Positions 1-7,923 of a stretch of DNA of 12,099 nt are shown piece by piece. The number at the start of each line of letters is the position of its first letter. The stretch's first letter is position 1. The stretch comes from Candidatus Latescibacterota bacterium. GTDB taxonomy: Bacteria; Latescibacterota; UBA2968; GCA-2709665. The notes beneath the pieces are model-generated. The model saw only the letters and a list, made by a program, of their open reading frames with translations. It did no database searches and was not told the origin of the DNA. A program made the translations under genes and the position numbers. The stretch lies in the NCBI GenBank assembly GCA_963662665.2, contig CAXXJS010000002.1, positions 1 to 12,099 of the forward strand. The letters run 5' to 3'.

Positions 1-2
1 AT

Positions 3-812
3 GCCTTCAAGCGGATCTTCGAAGAACAGGCGAAAGACCTCGTACTCCTGATGCTATGGAACCAGGGCGAACCCTTCATCAACAAGCGGCTGACCGACAT
101 GGTCCGTCTGGCCAGGGCACACAACGTCCCCACAATCACCAGCACCAACGTCCACTACATACGAAGCCGAAGCGATGCCGAAGATATCGTCACCTCCGGT
201 CTGGACGAAATCGTGGTCTCCCTGGACGGGGTAACCCCGGAATCCTACGTCAAGTACCGCGTTGGCGGCAACTTCGACCGGGTGCTGGACGGAATCCGTC
301 TTCTCAGCACGGCAAAGAAGACGCTGAATGCGGACCATCCCGTCATCCACCTGCAATTCATCATTTTCAAACACAACGAGACCGAAATTGACGCCGCCCG
401 GAACCTGGCGAGGGATCTCGGCGTCGACCGCCTTTCGCTGAAAACGGCTCAGGTCTATTCCGATACGGAAGCGCAACAGTACCTGCCTGAAAACGAGTCT
501 TTCAGCCGCTATCGTTACGATGCGGAACAACTCACAATGAACGGCAGGATCACCAATTCCTGCAGGCACCTCTGGTACAGTACAGTCGTCAACTGGGACG
601 GGGCCGTGTCACCGTGCTGTTTCGACAAAGACGTCCATTACGGCCTGGGAAACACGCTGGAAGAGCCGGACTTCGACAACATCTGGTCCGGTGCGGCCTA
701 TACCGACTTCAGAAACGCCATCCTCAAGGACCGGTCTTCGGTACCCATTTGCAATAACTGCTCCGAAGGCATCAAAGGCATGTTCTACGATATCGAAGAG
801 GTGAAACATTAG
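3..812 (+). CDS. Radical SAM protein with C-terminal SPASM/twitch domain (5'-partial)
   Basis: Frame is open from base 3 (AFKRIFEEQAKDLVLLM...), so the start and the CxxxCxxC motif lie outside the window. Contains NQGEPF (GGEP-like), STN, VSLDG and YRVGGNF motifs of the rSAM barrel, and C-terminal CRHLW...NWDGAVSPCCFD...IW...PICNNC typical of SPASM/twitch Fe-S domains. Confidence 0.88.
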   Translation, partial: AFKRIFEEQAKDLVLLMLWNQGEPFINKRLTDMVRLARAHNVPTITSTNVHYIRSRSDAEDIVTSGLDEIVVSLDGVTPESYVKYRVGGNFDRVLDGIRLLSTAKKTLNADHPVIHLQFIIFKHNETEIDAARNLARDLGVDRLSLKTAQVYSDTEAQQYLPENESFSRYRYDAEQLTMNGRITNSCRHLWYSTVVNWDGAVSPCCFDKDVHYGLGNTLEEPDFDNIWSGAAYTDFRNAILKDRSSVPICNNCSEGIKGMFYDIEEVKH

Positions 813-993
813 CGACGGCACCCCGCGGCTGCAATGCGCGCGCAAGGGTACGACTCGTATCCGGACCCCGGGCCTCCGCATGGCTGCCTTACAACCGCTG
901 CGGTTGCACTGACCCGGGATCGCCTACCGCCACCGACCGGTTTTCGTTGTTTCGCATCGCTCATTTTCCAGTCGCCCCCGACCCCGGATTTCC

Positions 994-2172
994 GTGTCGA
1001 CCTCCCTGATCAATTCGTTACTGCTGGCTTCAACGGCAATCTACCTCGGCGCCGCCGTGGCATTTCTGATTGGCCTGCGGCGAAAGAACCGGCCCGCTCG
1101 CAGCCGCTCGCGGCCGTTTGTGTCCGTTGTGATCGCGGCGAGAAACGAAGCGGACTACATCGCCGATTGCCTCGCGGGGCTGGTTAACCAGACGTATCCC
1201 GCCGACCGATACGAAGTCCTGGTCGTGGACGACGGTTCAACCGACCCCACGCCGCTCATTTCAGCCGGGTATTCCGCACGGCATTCCCGGGTTCGAAACA
1301 TTGAAGTCACGGACGCCTTTCAACATATGGCCGCGAAGAAACGGCCGCTGTCCGAGGGCATAAGGGCCGCGCGAGGCAGTATCATCTTAACGACAGACGC
1401 GGATTGCGCCGTGCCGAACACGTGGGTCGCCGGCATGGTCTCGCAGCTCGAGGCCGGCGCGGAGGTCGTCATCGGCTTTTCGCAGGTCAAGACCGGACAG
1501 GACAGGTTGATGCCCGCCGAACGGTTGCAGGCATTCGACTTTCTCGCCCTCATGTCCGCTTCGGCCGGTGCCGCAAACCTGGGGATGCCGCTGGCCGCGA
1601 CCGGCCAGAACCTGGGCTACCGGAAGGCGCTCTTCGAACGCGTTGACGGCTTCGAGAAAATCGCCCATTGCCCGTCCGGTGACGACGTACTCCTGCTCCA
1701 GCTGTTCCGGCGGGCAGGCGCGACGGTCGTATTTGCAGACCACCCGGACACATTTGTCAACACCCGGCGCGCGGAATCCATGGCCGGTTTCTGGGCCCAG
1801 CGGCGCCGATGGGCGTCGAACGCCCGACACGTCTTGACGCTCCATCCCCTGTTTTTCGTCTATCTCGCGAATGTCTTTCTGCTCAACCTTTTGATACCTG
1901 CAGCCGCGGTCCTGGGTGTGGGCGGGAAAGCCTACGGCCTCGCGCCGGCCTGTTTCGCGGTCAAAATCCTGGCGGACCTTTGCGTGGTATGGAAGGGCGC
2001 CCGCCGGTTCGGCCGGACCGACCTCCTGCCTGTGCTGCCGGTATGGGAAATCGTGCAGATTCCTTACACGGTTCTGGTGGGGTTGTTCGGATCGTTCGGC
2101 AGTTTCGTCTGGAAGGGAAGGGTCCACAACCCGCGTGAGACGGGGAAATCGCGTGTTCTGGCTCTAAAATAG
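994..2172 (+). CDS. Membrane-bound glycosyltransferase family 2
   Basis: N-terminal TM segment, VSVVIAARNE, VVDDGSTD, TDAD (DxD), SGDD and QRRRW (QxxRW) motifs, C-terminal hydrophobic helices. GTG start with no obvious SD, so the start is less certain. Confidence 0.92.
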   Translation: MSTSLINSLLLASTAIYLGAAVAFLIGLRRKNRPARSRSRPFVSVVIAARNEADYIADCLAGLVNQTYPADRYEVLVVDDGSTDPTPLISAGYSARHSRVRNIEVTDAFQHMAAKKRPLSEGIRAARGSIILTTDADCAVPNTWVAGMVSQLEAGAEVVIGFSQVKTGQDRLMPAERLQAFDFLALMSASAGAANLGMPLAATGQNLGYRKALFERVDGFEKIAHCPSGDDVLLLQLFRRAGATVVFADHPDTFVNTRRAESMAGFWAQRRRWASNARHVLTLHPLFFVYLANVFLLNLLIPAAAVLGVGGKAYGLAPACFAVKILADLCVVWKGARRFGRTDLLPVLPVWEIVQIPYTVLVGLFGSFGSFVWKGRVHNPRETGKSRVLALK

Positions 2173-2214
2173 GTTGCCTGAATTCGGTCAGCGAGAAACA
2201 GCTGTCAGCTAAAG

Positions 2215-2239
2215 GCGGTGAGACGTGTGACGGTAGAGG
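2215..2239 (+). repeat. 25-bp direct repeat copy 1 (heptamer-based)
   Basis: GCGGTGAGACGTGTGACGGTAGAGG, 23/25 identical to 2418-2442. Confidence 0.8.
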
Positions 2240-2297
2240 ATCACCCCGCGTCCACAGGATATCGATACGGCCTGGCGAGATGCCTTCGCCAATGCGC

Positions 2298-2410
2298 AGA
2301 CCTCTCCCCCCGGCCCCCTCTCCTAAAGGAAAGGGGGAGAAAACCAGTTGTCCATCCAGCGATGGCAGTTTCCCCCATCCTTCAGGAAAGGGGAATAAGG
2401 GGGTAGGTCT
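2298..2410. repeat. REP/REPIN-like imperfect inverted-repeat element
   Basis: Ends AGACCT...AGGTCT. Left arm AGACCTCTCCCCCCGGCCCCCTCTCCTAAAGGAAAGGGGGAGAAA aligns with the reverse complement of the right arm (AGACCTACCCCCTTATTCCCCTTTCCTGAAGGATGGGGGAAA). Each arm carries its own CCCC..GGGG hairpin. Confidence 0.7.
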
Positions 2411-2417
2411 CGAAAAA

Positions 2418-2442
2418 GCGGTGAGACGTAAGACGGTAGAGG
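2418..2442 (+). repeat. 25-bp direct repeat copy 2 (heptamer-based)
   Basis: GCGGTGAGACGTAAGACGGTAGAGG; related units occur inverted at 2511-2546. Confidence 0.8.
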
Positions 2443-2510
2443 GGGAAAATTGCCTGCCCCGTGCGGTTTCATTTCTTGCCGGTGGCATAGAGGAATAATT
2501 AATCGGGCAA

Positions 2511-2590
2511 GGACGTCTTCTCACGTCTCCCCTCTACCCTCTCCCCGCTTTTCGAAAAGGGCAGGGGAAAAGGGGAATTTAAAGGGATTA
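2511..2590. repeat. Inverted heptamer-unit array followed by a REP-like hairpin
   Basis: Minus strand reads GGAGAGG GTAGAGG GGAGACG TGAGAAG ACGT. Followed by CCCCG-CTTTTCGAAAAG-GGCAGGGG (12-bp palindrome 2548-2559) and a G-rich tail similar to the right arm of 2298-2410. Confidence 0.55.
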
Positions 2591-2700
2591 GAGAGGTGAA
2601 GCCTGAGACCGCCCGGAACACAGTTCCCAATAGGCGTAATTGGTGAGAAGTCACGAGTGGCACAGTTCGTTTTCCAACCTTGAATCAGGTCCTTGATTTC

Positions 2701-3852
2701 ATGCGCTTTTGTTCACACCTGCGTCATTGGGGTCTCGCCCTCCTCATCCTCGTGCTCTGCTCAGACGCCCGGGGCGCCGAACGCCCGCGCGCACGCGGTC
2801 TCGGTATCCGCATCGGCGTGCTTTCGCCCGGCCCTTTAAATGCGATTACCGACGTTGCCGGCGTCCAGGTGGGTCACGTCACGCTCATTCGCGGCGAGGG
2901 GAACCTGGTTGTTGGGAAGGGGCCCGTCCGCACAGGCGTCACCGCCGTGGTGCCCCACCCGGACGACGTCTATCTGAACCAGGTTTTCGCGGCGGCCGTA
3001 GCGCTCAACGGCAACGGCGAGATGACAGGTATGGAGTGGATCAACGAGAGGGGCCTGCTGGAGGTGCCCGTGGTCCTCACCAACACACTCAGCGTCGGCG
3101 AGGGGTACAGCGGCGTCGTCGCCTATATGCTCAAACAGGACGCCGGGCGTGTGCCCCTGCCCGTTGTGGCCGAATGTTACGACGGCGGCCTCAACGATAT
3201 CGCTGGCCGCCACGTGAAGGAGGAACACGTCGTCCGTGCGATCGAATCCGCGGCGGGGGGCCCGGTTGACGAAGGATCGGTAGGCGCGGGCACGGGCATG
3301 CGGGCCTATGGCTTCAAGGCGGGCGTGGGGACTGCATCGCGGGTACTCACGAAAGCCCAGGGCGCGTATACCCTGGGCGTGTTCGTCGTGGCAAACTGCG
3401 GACGACGTCCCAATCTTGTCATCGACGGAGTTCCGGTCGGACAATACCTGCCGATTGCTCCTCGAACGCCGGCCCGCGACGGCTCCATCGTCATCATCAT
3501 CGCCACCGACGCTCCGCTGATCCCCATTCAACTCAGGCGGCTCTGCAAACGGTCCGCCCTGGGCGTGAGCCGTACCGGCACGTTCTCGCGAACCAGCAGC
3601 GGCGACCTGGTTCTCGCTTTTTCCACCGCACGCCGCATCCCCCGGGACGCGGCGTTGGCGGATACCGTACACACGCTGCGCGACCATCGCCTGAATCCGC
3701 TGTTACAGGCAACGGTCGAGGCCACTGAAGAAGCCATCGTCAACGCGCTGTGCGCCGCGGACACGATGAAGGGGCGGGACGACAGGACCATGCCCGGCCT
3801 GCCCCGGGATCGATTGGTCGAAATACTGAAACAACACAACCGCATAGAGTGA
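2701..3852 (+). CDS. DmpA / P1-family (MEROPS S58/P1) aminopeptidase with putative signal peptide
   Basis: RARGLGI...GPLNAITDVAGVQVGH, RTGVTAV, NGNGEMTG, GAGTGM, G-S autoproteolysis site in DGSIVIIIATDAPL, SSGDLVLAFST, EATEEAIVNAL. ATG 2701 chosen over TTG 2680; start uncertain. Confidence 0.92.
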   Translation: MRFCSHLRHWGLALLILVLCSDARGAERPRARGLGIRIGVLSPGPLNAITDVAGVQVGHVTLIRGEGNLVVGKGPVRTGVTAVVPHPDDVYLNQVFAAAVALNGNGEMTGMEWINERGLLEVPVVLTNTLSVGEGYSGVVAYMLKQDAGRVPLPVVAECYDGGLNDIAGRHVKEEHVVRAIESAAGGPVDEGSVGAGTGMRAYGFKAGVGTASRVLTKAQGAYTLGVFVVANCGRRPNLVIDGVPVGQYLPIAPRTPARDGSIVIIIATDAPLIPIQLRRLCKRSALGVSRTGTFSRTSSGDLVLAFSTARRIPRDAALADTVHTLRDHRLNPLLQATVEATEEAIVNALCAADTMKGRDDRTMPGLPRDRLVEILKQHNRIE

Positions 3853-3873
3853 ATCCCGATACAGGGTCTTGAC

Positions 3874-5328
3874 ATGCCCAACCTGTCCATCGTCCTTGGT
3901 CTCTCCGCCTACGTTCTTCTCACCCTTGGGGTGGGGGTCTACGCGGGTCGGCGCGTAAAAGGCTCGGCCGACTTCATCGTTGCCGGCCGGAGGCTGGGCA
4001 TCTGGTTGGCCACCGGAACGCTGGCGGCCACCTGGTTCGGCGGCGGCATCGTCATCGGCGCTGCCAGCGAGGCCTACAAGAAAGGATTTCTTGGCGTTAT
4101 CGCCGATCCGTTCGGAGCCGCCCTGTGTCTCTTTCTGGCCGGGCTCTTTTACGTCAGGGTGATGCGCAGGATGGGCCTGACGACCATCGCGGGCTTTTTT
4201 GAAAGCCGCTTCGGGCGCTCAGCGGGCGCCGTGGCCGCATTGTGCACCATCCCCGCGTATCTGGGATGGGTGGCGTCCCTTATGGTCGCCTTCGGCCGGG
4301 TCATCCAGTCGCTCACCGGACTCGACCCGACCCTGGGCATCTGCATAGGCGCCGCGATCGTACTCGTCTACACAACCGCGGGGGGCATGTGGGCCGTCAC
4401 GCTAACCGACTTCATCCAGGTTGCCGTTCTAACCGTTGGGCTCCTGGTCATCACGCCGCTATTGCTGAACGACATGGGCGGGTGGTCGGCCCTCAGTGCG
4501 CGAATCCCTGAGGACCGGTTTTACCTCTATCCCCGAAACGCCGGTGCGCCCGGCTGGTTCGCCTACGCCCGGGACTGGCTCGTAATCGGCCTGGGGAATC
4601 TGGCCGGACAGGACCTGATCCAGCGCAGCCTGTCGAGCAGAAATGAATCCGTCGCCCAGAACAGCGCCTACCTTGCCGGCGCGCTTTACCTGACCGTGGG
4701 GCTACTTCCGGTTTTTCTCGGCATCGCCGGCACCCTCATCTTTCCCGACATTGCCGACCCGGATATGATCATGATGCGGCTGGGCATGAAATATCTTTCG
4801 CCCCTGGCAATGGCCGTATTTCTTGGCGCGCTCGTATCCGCCCTGATGAGCAGTGCGGACAGCGCCCTGCTCGCCCCGGCCAGCGTGATCGGATGGGACC
4901 TGGTCCGTTACGTCCGCCCGGACGCCGGCGAACGCTTTGTGTTGCGGACCTGCCGCGTCAGCGTACCTATTCTGGGTGTGATTGCCCTCTACCTCGCACT
5001 GGCGCACAATACGGTCTATTCGTTGATGGTGAATTCGTGGTCGATCCTGCTGGCCACCCTCTTTGTGCCGCTAACCGCCGGCATCTGGTGGTCTCGAGCC
5101 AATCTGCCCGGCGCGCTTGCGGCCATGGTTTCGGGCTTCATCGCCTGGATCTGTTTCATCTATCTGACGCCGAACCTGCCCGCGGACCTTCTGGCCGTGC
5201 CGGTGGCGCTGATCTGTCTTGTGATATTCAGCCTGAAAACGAAGGGCTCATCTCCGGCGCGACCGCTCGCGGATACCTCCGGACGCCCCGTTTCCCTGAC
5301 TAACCGCCTGGGCTTCGGACGCGGTTAG
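3874..5328 (+). CDS. Sodium:solute symporter family protein
   Basis: Polytopic membrane protein with DFIVAGRRL, TLAATWFGGG, YTTAGGMWAVTLTDFIQ, QDLIQR, SALMSSADS SSS motifs. 21 bp downstream of the peptidase gene. Confidence 0.93.
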   Translation: MPNLSIVLGLSAYVLLTLGVGVYAGRRVKGSADFIVAGRRLGIWLATGTLAATWFGGGIVIGAASEAYKKGFLGVIADPFGAALCLFLAGLFYVRVMRRMGLTTIAGFFESRFGRSAGAVAALCTIPAYLGWVASLMVAFGRVIQSLTGLDPTLGICIGAAIVLVYTTAGGMWAVTLTDFIQVAVLTVGLLVITPLLLNDMGGWSALSARIPEDRFYLYPRNAGAPGWFAYARDWLVIGLGNLAGQDLIQRSLSSRNESVAQNSAYLAGALYLTVGLLPVFLGIAGTLIFPDIADPDMIMMRLGMKYLSPLAMAVFLGALVSALMSSADSALLAPASVIGWDLVRYVRPDAGERFVLRTCRVSVPILGVIALYLALAHNTVYSLMVNSWSILLATLFVPLTAGIWWSRANLPGALAAMVSGFIAWICFIYLTPNLPADLLAVPVALICLVIFSLKTKGSSPARPLADTSGRPVSLTNRLGFGRG

Positions 5329-5331
5329 CGG

Positions 5332-6108
5332 CTACGTACCTTTTCCGCCCGGGTCCTGCACCCGCGTGACGAGACTCGCAAAAAAGCCCGCGCCGAATCC
5401 GTTGTCGATATTTACAACGACCACCCCCGGCGCGCAGGAATTCAACGTTCCCAACAGCGCGGCCAGCCCGCCAAAACTGGCGCCGTAGCCAACGCTGGTT
5501 GGCACAGCAACCACGGGGACGTCCACCAGCCCGCCCACTACCGAAGGCAGCGCGCCCTCCATTCCCGCCACCACCACAATGACCGCGGCCCGGTCGATCC
5601 GGTCACGATATGCGAACAACCGGTGGATCCCCGAAACGCCCACGTCGTACAGCTTCGTCACCCGGCTACCCATCGCCTCCGCGGTCACCACGGCCTCTTC
5701 GGCAACCGGCAGATCGGAAGTCCCGGCTGAAATAACCAGGACCTCTCCGGTCGTCGCTGTTTCGCCCAAATCGCTTCCGCGTATCAACAACGTCCGCGCC
5801 AGCGGGTTGTAGTCCACGCCGGACAGGGCGGAACCCACGGCGTCAGCCTGGGCGCCGTCGGCCCTGGTTGCCAGAAGCGTGGATCCCGCGTCAGAAATCC
5901 GACGTGCGATTTCGACCACCTGTTCGACGGTCTTGCCCTGGCAGAAGATCACCTCGGGGAATCCCTGCCGCATGGCCCTGTGATGATCCACGTGCGCGAA
6001 TCCCAGGTCTTCAAACGGCAGATTCTTCAACCGCTCCATCGCGCCGTCCACGTCCAGCTCGTTTTCGCGCACCGCCTCCAGCACGCGCCGGATTTGCTCA
6101 GGCGTCAC
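5332..6108 (-). CDS. larB: Nickel-pincer cofactor biosynthesis protein LarB (AIR-carboxylase-like)
   Basis: FAHVDHHRAMRQGFPEVIFCQGKT, SAGTSDLPVAEEA, DVGVSGIHRL, AGMEGALPSVVGGL, PTSVGYG, NSCAPGVVVVNIDNGFGAG. GTG start preceded by GGAGGAGG; overlaps the dusB end by 11 bp. Confidence 0.93.
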   Translation of the reverse strand: MTPEQIRRVLEAVRENELDVDGAMERLKNLPFEDLGFAHVDHHRAMRQGFPEVIFCQGKTVEQVVEIARRISDAGSTLLATRADGAQADAVGSALSGVDYNPLARTLLIRGSDLGETATTGEVLVISAGTSDLPVAEEAVVTAEAMGSRVTKLYDVGVSGIHRLFAYRDRIDRAAVIVVVAGMEGALPSVVGGLVDVPVVAVPTSVGYGASFGGLAALLGTLNSCAPGVVVVNIDNGFGAGFFASLVTRVQDPGGKGT

Positions 6109-7081
6109 CGGACACCTCCTCCGCCTTCCGACGAATGGCGTTCAATATGCCTTCAACCGCCTCCGGATCGTCCTGGGTCATCAACGCGCGGCGAAACTGC
6201 GCAGCCCCATCGATGCCCTTGATATACGCGGCCAAATGCCTTCTCATCTCATGGACCCCAGCGGGCAACCCTTTGTTTTCAACGGAGAGCCGCAGGTGCC
6301 GGATGGCCACTCTCACACGTTCGCGCGCCGGCGGCGGCGCCAACGGCGCGCCGGTCGCCAGAAAGTGCTCGATCCGTCCGAACAGCCACGGGTCTCCAAT
6401 GGCCCATCGACCCACCATGACCAGATCGCATCCCGTCTGCTCCATCATGTCCCTGGCGGCCTGCGGGCTCCTGACGTCGCCGTTGCCAATGACGGGAATC
6501 GACACGGCTTCGGACACTTCGCGGATCACGTCCCAGTCCGCCCGGCCGGAAAACCCGGCCTGTCGCGTCCGGCCGTGCACGGCGATTGCCGCGGCGCCCA
6601 TGTCTTCAGCCAAACGGGCGACCTCCGATGCCCGGTTGGCATCGTCCCACCCGCTGCGGATCTTCAGGGTAACCGGGATTGACACAGCCCGCGCCATCGC
6701 CGAAACGATCCTGCCCAGCCGCGACGGGTCCTTCAGCAGGGCAGCGCCCGCGCGCCGGTTTACGATCTTCTTTACAGGACAACCGCAATTGATATCCAGC
6801 ATATCCGGATTGCGTTCGGCGGCAACCCGCGCGCCTTCGGCCATTTCATCGGCTTCCGACCCGAATATCTGCACGGAAATCGGATGCTCGTCGGCATCGA
6901 AATCAAGGTAACGGCTGGAACGCTCGCTCCCGTCGGCCAGTCCGCGGGCGCTCACCATCTCCGTCACGGCCAGACCCGCACCCTGCTCCCGGCACAATAA
7001 CCGGAACGACCGATCCGTTACGCCCGCGAGCGGGGCGAGCACGGTCGACCCGGGGATTACCGTTTTTCCAACGTTTACCAT
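6098..7081 (-). CDS. dusB: tRNA-dihydrouridine synthase DusB
   Basis: LAPLAGVTD, TEMVS, VQIFG, DINCGCP, GAALL, VTLKIRSGWD, VHGRT, IGNGDV motifs. ATG 7081 has GGAG upstream and overlaps the upstream stop (ATGGTAA). Confidence 0.93.
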   Translation of the reverse strand: MVNVGKTVIPGSTVLAPLAGVTDRSFRLLCREQGAGLAVTEMVSARGLADGSERSSRYLDFDADEHPISVQIFGSEADEMAEGARVAAERNPDMLDINCGCPVKKIVNRRAGAALLKDPSRLGRIVSAMARAVSIPVTLKIRSGWDDANRASEVARLAEDMGAAAIAVHGRTRQAGFSGRADWDVIREVSEAVSIPVIGNGDVRSPQAARDMMEQTGCDLVMVGRWAIGDPWLFGRIEHFLATGAPLAPPPARERVRVAIRHLRLSVENKGLPAGVHEMRRHLAAYIKGIDGAAQFRRALMTQDDPEAVEGILNAIRRKAEEVSGDA

Positions 7082-7923
7082 GTCAGAACTCCGCGCGTCC
7101 ATTCCACGGATTCGATCAATCGTCTCACCTTCTCCGCCCCGATCCGGGCGACCTCTCGAGCGTCCTGTCGCCACAGGTCTTCATTGAACAATTCGAGAGA
7201 GACAGGACCGGAGAACCCCTGGGATGCCAGTAACACGAGCATGTTTTCCAGGTTCAGAATCCCGTCGCCGGGATACACCCGGTCTCCGTCCGTAAGGGTC
7301 TCCCTTTGGCGGCCGGTTTGCGGCGCATCGTCAATGTGGAAAATGGACACCTGCGCTCCGGGGACCTTCAGGATATCCTTGTCCCGTCCGCCGCCTCGAT
7401 AGATGTGAAACGCATCCATTACAACGGTGGTCTCGCTGTGGTCCGCAAGGTTGACGATCTCCATCAACGTATTCACGTTATTCACGTGGTCTACAAAACC
7501 GAGAAACTCCAGGGTGGGCAGACATCCGATCTCCTGCCCGAGTTCCATCAGCCTGACGAAGCGGTCCGCCGCCCGATTCAGGTCGACCTGCCCGTGAGCG
7601 GGCCCGGCGATGATCCGCGGCGCCCCGACGGCCATGCCCTGCTCCATCAGCCGCCGGGCTTCTGTGAGAAGGTCTGTTTCGAATAGCGAATCGGTGGCGT
7701 CCATCCACCCGGAAAAGTGAACCAGGTCGGGCACCGTGAGATTGTGGTCGTCGAGCATCCGCCTGACGTCGGATAAACTCCCGCCGCCCCGTTCCCATTG
7801 GGTCAGGTCTTCGTTCCAGAGTTCAATCGCCTCGTATCCCGCGTCGCCTGCCGCCCGAATCTTCTCGTCCAGGGACGCGGGCTTGATCGTACTGGTATTG
7901 AAACACAGCTTAAACCTGGCCAT
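7075..7923 (-). CDS. Sugar phosphate isomerase/epimerase (xylose-isomerase-like TIM barrel, IolI-like)
   Basis: AGYEAIELW, metal-binding LEFLG, DAFH, HIDD, DRVYPGDG, SLELFN. GGAGG SD before ATG. Confidence 0.88.
   Translation of the reverse strand: MARFKLCFNTSTIKPASLDEKIRAAGDAGYEAIELWNEDLTQWERGGGSLSDVRRMLDDHNLTVPDLVHFSGWMDATDSLFETDLLTEARRLMEQGMAVGAPRIIAGPAHGQVDLNRAADRFVRLMELGQEIGCLPTLEFLGFVDHVNNVNTLMEIVNLADHSETTVVMDAFHIYRGGGRDKDILKVPGAQVSIFHIDDAPQTGRQRETLTDGDRVYPGDGILNLENMLVLLASQGFSGPVSLELFNEDLWRQDAREVARIGAEKVRRLIESVEWTRGVLTW

Noticed and set aside
2215-2442. Mini CRISPR array
   Set aside because: Only two repeats, 178 bp apart, not palindromic, and no cas genes.
1961-2524. ORFs across the repeat spacer (1961-2524, 2218-2406, 2280-2498)
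   Set aside because: P/G-rich translations (PFPLGEGAGGRG, PLPPAPSPKGKGE) come from the REP-like palindromes.
5868-6911. Long opposite-strand or alternate-frame ORFs (e.g. 5868-6911, 2836-3687, 1387-2127, 54-569)
   Set aside because: Shadows of well-supported genes, expected in GC-rich DNA; no recognisable motifs.
7082-7174. N-terminal extension of DusB
   Set aside because: Lies inside the isomerase gene; ATG 7081 has an SD and gives a typical DusB N-terminus.
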